This document shows positions 1-8,157 of a DNA stretch of 23,370 nt, one piece after another (positions within the stretch are counted from its first letter, which is position 1; each line of letters opens with the position of its first letter). A program made the position numbers and the translations under genes. Below the pieces are notes generated by a model. That model was given only the letters and a program-made list of their open reading frames with translations, searched no databases and had not been told where the DNA came from. This stretch comes from Leptolyngbya sp. 'hensonii' (lineage in GTDB: Bacteria; Cyanobacteriota; Cyanobacteriia; GCF-001939115), in the NCBI RefSeq assembly GCF_001939115.1, contig NZ_MQTZ01000045.1, positions 162,006-185,375 on the forward strand, given 5' to 3'.

Positions 1-84
1 CCCCCTGCCCCCGCGCCAGCAGAACCTGCACCACCGCCCCCTGCCCCCGCGCCCAGTTCTCCCTAACCCAGACGATCGACCCCC

Positions 85-2214
85 TTATTCCGGCTCACCA
101 ATCAGGACAAACGCAGCCCAGGACTTGGGATTAGGATATTCTTTCAATGTGGCCAGCATCGCCTGACGCAATGCCCTGGCCTTATCCGGTTGGCGTTGCA
201 GGTTCTGGTAAAACTGCGTCATCAGGAAACTGGTAGGGGCATCGGGCACTTGCCAGAGGGACACCATCACCGAAGGGACACCAGCGATCAGGAACGATCG
301 AGCCAGTCCCAACACCCCGTCGGAAAACACAATCCCCTGGCCCGTTTCACAGGCACTCAACACCACCAGTTCAGCCCTCAGTCTGAGCTTGACAATTTCT
401 CCCACCGTCAGGAGTCCGGCATCTCGTCCCGATGGGGCCAGGGCCAAAATCCCTGGAAATAGGAAGGGGCTGTAGTCCCCATCGGGGGGTTGATACAGCC
501 CATTGCCCCGATAGGCATACAAAAAGCCATGGGTTGCCAAGTGAATCAATCGGGCGGTCTGCATGCGTTGCATGACCGCTGCTTTGGTGGCCTGGTTTCC
601 AAGCAGGGGCTGGGTTCCCAACAGCGCTGCGATCGATTTGGCCTCTTTTTCCGCTCCGGGCAGGGCGGCCAGTTGCCGTTGCGGTTGATTGGGGGCCACG
701 GAAACCAGCGGCATGGTGGGATTCCCCACAATCAGGGGCAGATCGCCCGAACGTCCAGGGTTCTGGGCAAGGGTAGTACGCTGTCGCTGGGTCAGGGCCA
801 GTACCCGAATGGCAGGGGCGATCGTCAGGGTATGGCGTTCAATCAAATAGCGGCCCGTTTCATCCTGCAGGGCTGCGAAAGGAACCTGGAATAGTTCCTG
901 ATGGGGCACAAAGATCACCTGCTCCTCTGGATTTTGGGGCAACAAATCCGCGATCGGTTGGATCAAAAGTTGATAGAGGTCTCGCAGATTTTGATTGGCC
1001 ACCGGGTCGATCGGATTAGCCGCAGCCTGATTCACCTCTTCCCTAAAAACGAGCCCACTTCGAGTCACTCCCAAAGACCGCAAACTGCTGGCCACCAGCA
1101 CTTCCAGAGAATTCCTGGGTTGCCCCGATGGGAGGGGTAAACTCACCTGCCGAAAGGTAATCTTGCCCTGGGGAGGAATTACCCAGATGTAGAGGGCTTT
1201 ATTTTCTATTCCCAGGCCAAATCTTTTGTGGTTCAGGATAATAGAATATTGCACGATCGTGGCATTATGAGTTGCAGCTACTTGCTGAAGTTGTTGCACA
1301 GTCGGTTGATAGATCAGTGCAGGGTTGAGGGACTGGAGACCCAAGCGAACTACAGCCGCCTCCGTAAATGCCACGGCTTTCCCCCTTTCGGCAGCTTCCA
1401 GGGCTCGATCGGGTTGGCCCTGGGCCACCAAGATTTCTTGTAACAGGGAATATAAATTCCTCAGTCCTGCCCATTCAAACTCCAGAATTCGGCTCCAATC
1501 AAACTGTAGGGCTTCTCCTGCCGGAATGGGCACAGGTTTGGGAATGGCAGACTCCAACAGGCGTTGTGCCTCCGCCCGATCACCAGCATCGAAGAGAGCT
1601 CCCCCCAGTTGAATCTTGATATATCGGCTGTCTGGATTGAGGGCCAGACCCTGGCGGTAATACTTGAGGGCTTCCGCAGGCTGTCCCAATAGGGCATAGG
1701 TCTGAGCCAGATCAGCCAGAACCCAACCTTTTTCCTCATTACTGAACTCCCCCTTCCCCCTGGTCATGAAAGCCAACTGCTCTCGATAGAGCTGGAGGGC
1801 GGTTTCATATTGCCCCAGCAGCACATAATTGGAGGCCAGCATTCTCACCAGATCGACGTTCAGATCATTGCCCAGCATCTTGTTCAGGGTGTAGGCTTGC
1901 CGCAGGAACTCCACAGCCCTGACTTTTTCGCCGGTGATGTTATACATCGTACCGATCGCCCGCAGCAGAGCCGCTTCCTGCTGGCGATTCCCCGTTTTTT
2001 GGGCATTGGCCAGAGCTTGCTGACAAAGCCTCAACTCACTGGCCGCAGCCCGACGCAGTTCTTCCACCATCAGCAGGGTAACTGCATCCCCCTCCGTGGA
2101 CTGCATGGCCTCTGCACTGATTAAACATTTCTCAGTGAGATCCTGGGCTTTGCCGGGCTCAGGGGTTGCCCATCCGATCGACAACAAAAGGGTTCCCATG
2201 AATCCCAGAGCCAT
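85..2214 (-). CDS. TPR-repeat protein with C-terminal CHAT (caspase-like) domain and N-terminal signal/TM segment
   Basis: 728-aa ORF on the track, which uses a GTG at 2271. The first ATG at 2214 gives a signal-peptide-like N-terminus (MALGFMGTLLLSIGWA). The central region has repeated TPR-like helices (YETALQLYREQ, AEALKYYRQGLALNP). The C-terminus has the CHAT His/Cys dyad context: HLATHG ... VLSACETGQG. Confidence 0.75.
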   Translation of the reverse strand: MALGFMGTLLLSIGWATPEPGKAQDLTEKCLISAEAMQSTEGDAVTLLMVEELRRAAASELRLCQQALANAQKTGNRQQEAALLRAIGTMYNITGEKVRAVEFLRQAYTLNKMLGNDLNVDLVRMLASNYVLLGQYETALQLYREQLAFMTRGKGEFSNEEKGWVLADLAQTYALLGQPAEALKYYRQGLALNPDSRYIKIQLGGALFDAGDRAEAQRLLESAIPKPVPIPAGEALQFDWSRILEFEWAGLRNLYSLLQEILVAQGQPDRALEAAERGKAVAFTEAAVVRLGLQSLNPALIYQPTVQQLQQVAATHNATIVQYSIILNHKRFGLGIENKALYIWVIPPQGKITFRQVSLPLPSGQPRNSLEVLVASSLRSLGVTRSGLVFREEVNQAAANPIDPVANQNLRDLYQLLIQPIADLLPQNPEEQVIFVPHQELFQVPFAALQDETGRYLIERHTLTIAPAIRVLALTQRQRTTLAQNPGRSGDLPLIVGNPTMPLVSVAPNQPQRQLAALPGAEKEAKSIAALLGTQPLLGNQATKAAVMQRMQTARLIHLATHGFLYAYRGNGLYQPPDGDYSPFLFPGILALAPSGRDAGLLTVGEIVKLRLRAELVVLSACETGQGIVFSDGVLGLARSFLIAGVPSVMVSLWQVPDAPTSFLMTQFYQNLQRQPDKARALRQAMLATLKEYPNPKSWAAFVLIGEPE

Positions 2215-2389
2215 TCCAGAGCTGCCCAGACGATGCAAAAATTTCAGCACGGCTGTATCCTCCCCAGGCACTATGTCTGTGCTTTTATTGTCTCAAATGC
2301 AACTGGTATGGCTGGGGGATTGCATCAAAATGCAACCTCTCAATGGAGCTGGGCTAATCTAGTAGCCAGTATTGTCTAGAACTGCAGCT

Positions 2390-3175
2390 ATGGCTCATGT
2401 GTCTCGCCTGTTTATCTATCCCATCAAAGCCCTCGATCGGGTGGAAGTGGATCGGGTCACGGTGCTTAAAAGTGGTGCCCTGAAGCACGATCGGGAATTT
2501 GCTCTCTTTGATGCCTCTGGTCATTTCGTCAATGGCAAGCGTCACGATCGGGTCCATGCCTTACGCTCTCGATTTGACCTGGAAACCCGCTGCGTGATAG
2601 TCTCTGCTCCCAGTTTTGCACAAGCGGCCACCTTCCAAATCGATCGGGAACAGGATGCCCTGGCAACCTGGATGGGAGAATACTTTGGGTTTCCAGTCCA
2701 GATTCGCCAGAACCTGGAGCAGGGGTTTCCCGATGACACCGACTCCCCTGGCCCCACCCTGATCAGCACCGCTACCCTGGCCACGATCGCCAACTGGTAT
2801 CCCAACCTGGAAGAAACAGAAGTGCGTCTTCGCTTCCGGGCCAACATAGAAATTGGCGATGTCCCAGCTTTCTGGGAAGATCAGTTGTTTGCTGCTGTAA
2901 ACCAGACCGTTGCCTTTCAGATTGGAGCGGTGCGATTCCTGGGGATTAATCCCTGTCAGCGTTGCGTGGTCGTCACCCGCAACTCCCAAACAGGAGAAGC
3001 AGATCCGAGCTTCCAGAAAATCTTTGCGGCCAGACGACGGGAGACGCTGCCACCCTGGGTCGATCGATCGCGCTTCAACCACTTTTATCGCCTCGCCATC
3101 AATACACGCCTGCCAGAATCAGAAGCTGGGAAAACGATCGCCCTTGGAGATGAGATCAAAATTCAGCTTTGCTGA
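2390..3175 (+). CDS. MOSC-domain protein (YcbX/MOCO sulfurase C-terminal-like)
   Basis: The track ORF starts at a TTG at 2372. The ATG at 2390 gives the N-terminus MAHVSRLFIYPIKALDRVEV, typical of the MOSC N-terminal beta-barrel. The conserved Cys context INPCQRCVVVT is present downstream. The last two codons and the stop (cttTGCTGA) are supplied by the inserted MITE. Confidence 0.7.
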   Translation: MAHVSRLFIYPIKALDRVEVDRVTVLKSGALKHDREFALFDASGHFVNGKRHDRVHALRSRFDLETRCVIVSAPSFAQAATFQIDREQDALATWMGEYFGFPVQIRQNLEQGFPDDTDSPGPTLISTATLATIANWYPNLEETEVRLRFRANIEIGDVPAFWEDQLFAAVNQTVAFQIGAVRFLGINPCQRCVVVTRNSQTGEADPSFQKIFAARRRETLPPWVDRSRFNHFYRLAINTRLPESEAGKTIALGDEIKIQLC

Positions 3176-3321
3176 ATGCAAATATGAATTACCCTCATCC
3201 CCAACCCTTCTCCCGCAGGAGAAGGGAGCTAAAACTCTTGTTCCCTCTCCTTTGGGAGAAGGCTAGGGTGAGGGCTGCATAAGGCTCAAGCACGAAAATC
3301 ATCCTTCTATTCAGCAACGCC
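3165..3321. mobile_element. 157-bp MITE, copy A. TIRs are AGCTTTGCTGAAT ... ATTCAGCAACGCC. Flanked by an 8-bp direct repeat CAAAATTC at 3157-3164 and 3322-3329.
   Basis: The 157 bp are, allowing a few mismatches, the reverse complement of 9970-10126. Termini are inverted repeats of consensus GGCKTTGCTGAAT. A perfect 8-bp target-site duplication flanks the element. Internal hairpins are present (ccttctcccgcaggagaagg). Confidence 0.65.
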
Positions 3322-3716
3322 CAAAATTCTCCCTACCTGAAGCCCCACAAAGGTTTTGCCCGCAACGCTCTCGCCTCTTCTGAGTCAGCATCATGCTCAT
3401 AGAACTTAACTTCTTCAATCGCTGATTGACTATATAATCTTTAGGTCGGGCAAGCTTCAGTTTTTGTCCGACCTCAAGGCTGGTTGCATGGGTTGGGTGG
3501 AGCCTGGCGAAACCCAACATTCATCAAGATTTAATCAAGGTTTCATTGGGTTCCATTCGCACTCCATCCAACCGACCAATTAAGCTTGCAACGCTACTAG
3601 CCTTAAGCCACAGTTCAGGAGGAAAAAGGAAGTTCCAGAGAGCTAAGTCCCAAAGAGCTTCGAAGGGGCTTCATCACGCGACAGACTCTTTTTCCTGATA
3701 CAAGGAGTACAGTCCT

Positions 3717-4787
3717 ATGAGCAGCGTTTTACAACAGCGGCAAAAGCTTGATCCTCTTGCCATCTGGTCAGACTTCGCAGATTGGATTACCAGCACACAA
3801 AACCGGATCTATATCGGCTGGTTCGGGGTGTTGATGATCCCAACCTTGCTGGTTGCGGCCTTCACCTTCATCATTGCCTTTACTGCAGCTCCTCCCGTCG
3901 ATATGGAGGGCATTCGAGCACCCATCACAGGGTCCATCCTGGAGGGTCGCAATCTCATCACAGCCGCAGTGGTCCCAACCTCTGCAGCGATCGGCTTACA
4001 TTTTTATCCCATCTGGGAAGCCAGTTCCCTGGATGAATGGCTCTATAACGGTGGTCCCTATCAACTGATCCTCTTGCACTTTTTAATGGGTATCTGGTCT
4101 TATCTAGGCCGGTTGTGGGAACTGAGTTATCGCCTGGGGATGCGGCCCTGGATTGCTGTGGCCTTTTCAGCCCCGGTCGCTGCTGCGACAGCCGTGTTTC
4201 TGGTTTATCCTATAGGACAGGGTAGTTTCTCTGAAGGTATGCCCCTGGGGATTTCTGGCACTTTCTACTTCATGTTTGCCCTCCAGGCACAGCACAATAT
4301 TCTGATGCATCCCTTTCACATGCTGGGGGTGGCTGGCATCTTGGGTGGTGCTCTGTTGAGTGCTGTGCATGGCTCCCTGGTAACAAGCAGTTTAATTCGA
4401 GAAACCAGCGACTTAGAATCTGCAAATATGGGCTACAAATTTGGTCAGCAGGAAGGAACCTACAACCTGTTGGCTAGCCATGCAGGCTATCTGGGCCGAC
4501 TGTTGATCCCGCAAGTGGGTGCCCGCAATAGCCGTTCAGTTCATTTCCTTTTGGGGGCAGTCCCTACGATCGGCATCTGGTTTGCCGCTCTCGGCATCAG
4601 CACGATCGCCTTCAATTTGAATGGGTTTAATTTCAACCATTCCATTCTGGATAGTCAGGGGCAGGTCATTTCCACGGATGCGGACCTCCTAAATCGTGCG
4701 ACTCTGGGCATTCAGGTGATGCATGGCCTGAATACCCATCATTTCCCGAATCTGATTGCTGGGGGCCAGGAAATTCCACTGAGTTAA
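3717..4787 (+). CDS. psbA: Divergent photosystem II D1 paralogue (rogue/sentinel-type rD1) lacking Mn4CaO5 ligands and the C-terminal extension
   Basis: 356 aa with an ATG preceded by AAGGAG. Clear D1 homology throughout ([54 protein letters not shown]). Aligned to canonical D1: D170->E (FSEGMPLG), E189->Q (LQAQHNIL), E333->G, D342->N (HHFPNLIA), and E130->L. The ChlF QD motif is absent (SYLGRLWEL). The protein ends ...GGQEIPLS without the processed C-terminal tail. Confidence 0.85.
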   Translation: MSSVLQQRQKLDPLAIWSDFADWITSTQNRIYIGWFGVLMIPTLLVAAFTFIIAFTAAPPVDMEGIRAPITGSILEGRNLITAAVVPTSAAIGLHFYPIWEASSLDEWLYNGGPYQLILLHFLMGIWSYLGRLWELSYRLGMRPWIAVAFSAPVAAATAVFLVYPIGQGSFSEGMPLGISGTFYFMFALQAQHNILMHPFHMLGVAGILGGALLSAVHGSLVTSSLIRETSDLESANMGYKFGQQEGTYNLLASHAGYLGRLLIPQVGARNSRSVHFLLGAVPTIGIWFAALGISTIAFNLNGFNFNHSILDSQGQVISTDADLLNRATLGIQVMHGLNTHHFPNLIAGGQEIPLS

Positions 4788-4885
4788 AGCACCCATCTGG
4801 AACCCTGGTTCATCACCTGATCCACCCAACAGCCAGAGCCTTTTAGCTAGCAACAGCAAAACACAATCGGGGAGCGATGATTAAT

Positions 4886-4925
4886 GGATAGGGGTGGGGC
4901 AGATAAGTCTGCCCCACCCCTATCC
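4886..4925 (+). terminator. 18-bp perfect-stem hairpin (GGATAGGGGTGGGGCAGA taag TCTGCCCCACCCCTATCC) about 100 bp downstream of the rD1 stop. Candidate terminator or 3' stabilising stem-loop.
   Basis: Perfect inverted repeat read directly from the sequence. The downstream U-tract is weak (ttgcatcc), so this may instead be a GC-rich palindromic element of the GGGGTGGGG/CCCCACCCC family. Confidence 0.35.
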
Positions 4926-5053
4926 TTGCATCCCTATATAATCTTGTTGAGTACAATGCGTTGAGCACAGCATGTTTGCGGCATATCTCCCCAAACTAGA
5001 CCCACGATTAACCTGTATGTTGCTAGCTTCCTATCCCAACCCACAAAACAGCC

Positions 5054-6481
5054 ATGAGTAAACAACAGGGGGAAAATACCTACCTCCAACAAGTTCTGCA
5101 AGAAAAAGCTGAGGTGGATCGCAAACTCAGCCGCAGTCGCAGTTCCCTGCCCACTCCATCTGCCCAGTCTAACTCGGGGATGGTATCGCCCCCTGCTAGC
5201 AGGGCGATCGACTATCGCATTACCGGGTTCTGGCTCTGGAAAAGTGTCATTGTTCCGCCCAATGTCTACACCGTGCATACCCGACGAGGGCATCGCGAAC
5301 CCTTACACATGGGCAAAGGCATTTCCTTTCGCTTCAATCCCCTCACGGACGCCTTTCTGGTGATTCCTGCTGCCGTACAAACCATTCTGATCAACGCCAA
5401 CTGCATTTGTATTGAGCGGCAGGGACTTCTGGTGCAAGCCTACGTGCAATGGATTATTGATGATATCCAAACGGCATATTGGAAACTGGATTTTTCTGAC
5501 CTAGAAGACCCGATGGGCATTGTCAATTTACAGTTGCGGGAACAGGCTGAAGCAGCCATTAAAGACAAAGTAGCCACCCTCAGCATTGATGAAGTCTTAA
5601 GTGACAAGCAGCCGATTATTGAGGAACTGACTCATCGTCTGCAAGCAGTTGCGGAGGGCAGTAGGGGTCAGGAAGGTAGCAATTTCCCATCCGAGGGGCT
5701 GGGTCTCAAAATTGTGACAGTACAGATTAAGGAGGCGGTGGTCAGTTCAACTCAGTTATGGCAAAACCTGCAAACGCCCTTCCGCGCAGAGCGGGAAAAG
5801 CTGGCTCGTCTGGCACAACTGGAAAATGATCAGGAAATCAAAGCTCGAGAGCTAGCGAATCGGCTGAGCAATGAGCGGGGTGAGCTGAACGTTGCCAGTG
5901 AAATTGAGCAACTTCGGGCCGAGCAAACCCGGATTGCCTACGATCGTGAACAGACTGAGAAGCTGCGCCGCAATCAGGTAGAGCAGGAGGCTGAGCGTCA
6001 GATTTTGGCGGAACAGAACCGTACAGCCCAGGCCCGCAACCAGGCTCAGTTGGAGCTGGTGTTGCAAGAATTCGAGTTGGAAAAACAACGCATCACAGCA
6101 GAAATGGAGAAAGTGCAGCAACAAATTCAACTGGATGCCGTCGTGGCCCAGAAAACTCGCGCCGAAGTATCTGCCAGCCTGGAGGTGGCTGAATTGCAAC
6201 ACCAGGCTGATGTGGCTCAGCGAGATCGGCAACTTGATCTCGATCGTAAGCGGCGTGAGATTGAGAATGAGCTTTCAGAGCGTCATATCCAGGCCCAGTT
6301 AATTGCCCAATTGCCCGACATTGTCCAACACATGCCAGCCCCCCAAGAACAACGCACCACAATCATCACCTCTGATGCCCAGGAGGGACTGGTCAATCCA
6401 CTCTTAGGCTTTTTGGCAGGTCTGTCCAATTTAACGCAAGATGTCTTTGCCCGAACTCAGACTGACAAGAACACGGATTGA
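5054..6481 (+). CDS. SPFH/band-7 (flotillin-like) domain protein with long C-terminal coiled coil
   Basis: 475 aa. The N-terminal portion resembles an SPFH core (IVPPNVYTVHTRRGHREP..VIPAAVQTILINANCICIERQGLLVQAYVQWII). It is followed by about 250 aa of heptad-like E/Q/R/A-rich coiled-coil sequence typical of flotillins. Confidence 0.5.
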   Translation: MSKQQGENTYLQQVLQEKAEVDRKLSRSRSSLPTPSAQSNSGMVSPPASRAIDYRITGFWLWKSVIVPPNVYTVHTRRGHREPLHMGKGISFRFNPLTDAFLVIPAAVQTILINANCICIERQGLLVQAYVQWIIDDIQTAYWKLDFSDLEDPMGIVNLQLREQAEAAIKDKVATLSIDEVLSDKQPIIEELTHRLQAVAEGSRGQEGSNFPSEGLGLKIVTVQIKEAVVSSTQLWQNLQTPFRAEREKLARLAQLENDQEIKARELANRLSNERGELNVASEIEQLRAEQTRIAYDREQTEKLRRNQVEQEAERQILAEQNRTAQARNQAQLELVLQEFELEKQRITAEMEKVQQQIQLDAVVAQKTRAEVSASLEVAELQHQADVAQRDRQLDLDRKRREIENELSERHIQAQLIAQLPDIVQHMPAPQEQRTTIITSDAQEGLVNPLLGFLAGLSNLTQDVFARTQTDKNTD

Positions 6482-6637
6482 ATTCAGACCCATTTGCCCC
6501 AATGCTATGGGCAATGATGAAATATCATCCCCTTCAGGTGCAGAGGCCGTTACCAAAACTGATACCAACTCTCCCAGTCGGAATACCCCTCGATAGGATG
6601 GAGACGTTCGCTCCTCGCGTTTCTCATGCACCACACA

Positions 6638-6670
6638 GCCGTAGAGTTGGGTCTCTACGGCTCGTTTCTT
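6638..6670 (+). terminator. Hairpin GCCGTAGAG-ttgggt-CTCTACGGC followed by TCGTTTCTT, between convergent genes
   Basis: 9-bp stem, 6-nt loop and a T-rich tail on the plus strand. It lies downstream of both the flotillin-like gene (plus) and the membrane-protein gene (minus). Confidence 0.35.
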
Positions 6671-6677
6671 ATGGGGG

Positions 6678-7697
6678 CTAACTCTCGACTCGCCCCTGCC
6701 CCAAAGCCCAGTTCAACGCCAGGAAGACAGCACCCAGGGTCAGCAGCAGCACAGGTGCAGTGGCAAACCCCTGAGAGACCCCCGACAACAGGGAAAAGCC
6801 CCCCAGGGCGATCGCCAGTCCCAGGCCCAATCCAGCAGCCGTTGCCGGATGCTGGGGCAATAACCGGGCGATCGCAGCCAGGGTCAGGGGGGTCACAGAC
6901 TGCAACAAGGCTAGGCCCAGCAGTAACGGGATGGTCTGGGTTCCAGCCAGGGTCAGCAGGGGGATAGCCAGGGCCAAGGCCAGTCCAGCCCAGCGTCGCC
7001 ACCCCCAGAGATCGGCCAGGAAGCCTCCCAGGAGTTTGCCGATCGCTGCCGCCAGGGCCAGTTCCACCAGCAGGGTAACTGGCTCCCGGTGCAGCACCTG
7101 CACCGCATTCCAGACCGCAGAACGGAGGGCGATCGCCCCTAGCAGCACCAGCAGCAGGCTGTCCTGGCCTTCTGGCAGCAGTTCCCCTGCAGCTTCCTGA
7201 CTGGCAGGTGCAGGCTGGGGAAAGCCCAACATGGCCCCAGCGAGTATCAGCAGAACCAGCCCCCAGGGCAGGACATATCCAGCCAGGGCCAGAACGCCTC
7301 CCAATGCCAGACCCAGAACCCCCGGAGCTGTAAAACAGGCTGGCCCGATCGCTGAGTTAGGGGTGGCGGAGAGGGCGATCGCCCCAGCTCCCACGTGAAA
7401 AGCAGCGGACCCCAACCCGGCCAGAAGAACGGCTCCAGCGGGATGATGGGGCACCAAGGTCGAGAGGGTCAGGAGAAGCAGGCCGAGGAGGGTCACCCCA
7501 TGGGGACAACGTCCGCGATCACAGAGGAGACCGATCGCAGGTTGGCCTGCAAACCCCAGGGCATTGTAGAGCAACACCAGGGCCAGCGCCTGTCCGGATG
7601 AATGAGTCTGCACGATGGTTGCCAGCAAAGCTCCAGCCGTGGCATCAGCAACGCCATGGGTCAGCCCAAGTAGCAGCGGCAATCCCAGCCTGGCCAT
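6678..7697 (-). CDS. Polytopic integral membrane protein (Ala/Leu/Gly-rich, about 10 TM), family not assigned
   Basis: Long hydrophobic ORF, 346 aa on the track from a GTG at 7718. The ATG at 7697 gives MARLGLPLLLGLTHGVADA. Last gene of the minus-strand ABC operon. Strong third-position GC. Confidence 0.4.
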   Translation of the reverse strand: MARLGLPLLLGLTHGVADATAGALLATIVQTHSSGQALALVLLYNALGFAGQPAIGLLCDRGRCPHGVTLLGLLLLTLSTLVPHHPAGAVLLAGLGSAAFHVGAGAIALSATPNSAIGPACFTAPGVLGLALGGVLALAGYVLPWGLVLLILAGAMLGFPQPAPASQEAAGELLPEGQDSLLLVLLGAIALRSAVWNAVQVLHREPVTLLVELALAAAIGKLLGGFLADLWGWRRWAGLALALAIPLLTLAGTQTIPLLLGLALLQSVTPLTLAAIARLLPQHPATAAGLGLGLAIALGGFSLLSGVSQGFATAPVLLLTLGAVFLALNWALGQGRVES

Positions 7698-7701
7698 CGG
7701 T

Positions 7702-8157
7702 CTATCGGACCAGATCACTCAAGACCGTCGGCACCACAGGCACAGCAATAATCAAAAGCACGTAGCTGACCACATTGGCCAGGACAGTGGCCTTCCAGGT
7801 TTGGCGCGGCGGGTGTTTGGCAAGGAGGGCCAGAATACCGCCTTCAATCGCGATCGAACTCGCCAGGCAAAACACCCACCAAATCACCACTGCAGCAGGA
7901 CCCATGAGAAACACCAGCATAAACGCCAGGAAGGAAGTCAGCAGAACACCGGTCAGGGTCGAGATGGTATTCACCAGCAGGGACGCCAGCAGGGCTCGGG
8001 GAAAGGCCGCCCACCTGAGCCAAAACAGGACGAGCGTTTCACTCAGGACAATCAGCACAGCGAGGACAACCAGGGTCAAGATCGGCACTGTTGGATCTCG
8101 TAACACGGGTCCCAATCCCACGTCAGCCAGAAGCGGTGCACATAGATAAATGTTCAT
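7702..8157 (-). CDS. Small hydrophobic membrane protein (4 predicted TM), hypothetical
   Basis: 151 aa. Its ATG overlaps the TGA of the upstream ABC gene (ATGA at 8154-8157), giving translational coupling. Segments are highly hydrophobic. Confidence 0.4.
   Translation of the reverse strand: MNIYLCAPLLADVGLGPVLRDPTVPILTLVVLAVLIVLSETLVLFWLRWAAFPRALLASLLVNTISTLTGVLLTSFLAFMLVFLMGPAAVVIWWVFCLASSIAIEGGILALLAKHPPRQTWKATVLANVVSYVLLIIAVPVVPTVLSDLVR

Noticed and set aside
2542-3082. Minus-strand ORFs (101 and 173 aa) antisense to the MOSC gene
   Set aside because: The plus-strand frame has family-specific MOSC motifs. The antisense products are Arg/Gly-rich with no features.
3311-3520. 69-aa minus-strand ORF in the region upstream of the rD1 gene
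   Set aside because: It overlaps the MITE end and the long 5' UTR of psbA. There is no RBS, the composition is biased, and this is more likely a regulatory or UTR region.
3717-4787. Possibility that the D1 paralogue is ChlF (chlorophyll f synthase, super-rogue D1)
   Set aside because: The position corresponding to the ChlF QD pair reads YL (SYLGRLWEL). No far-red FaRLiP genes are nearby. It is better classified as a rogue/sentinel D1.
6626-7200. ORFs in alternative frames and strands (6626-6967 +, 6655-7002 -, 6931-7200 +) with Pro/Gly/Ala-rich low-complexity products
   Set aside because: They lie inside the very GC-rich membrane-protein gene at 6678-7697. That gene's hydrophobic frame is far more protein-like, so these are compositional artefacts.
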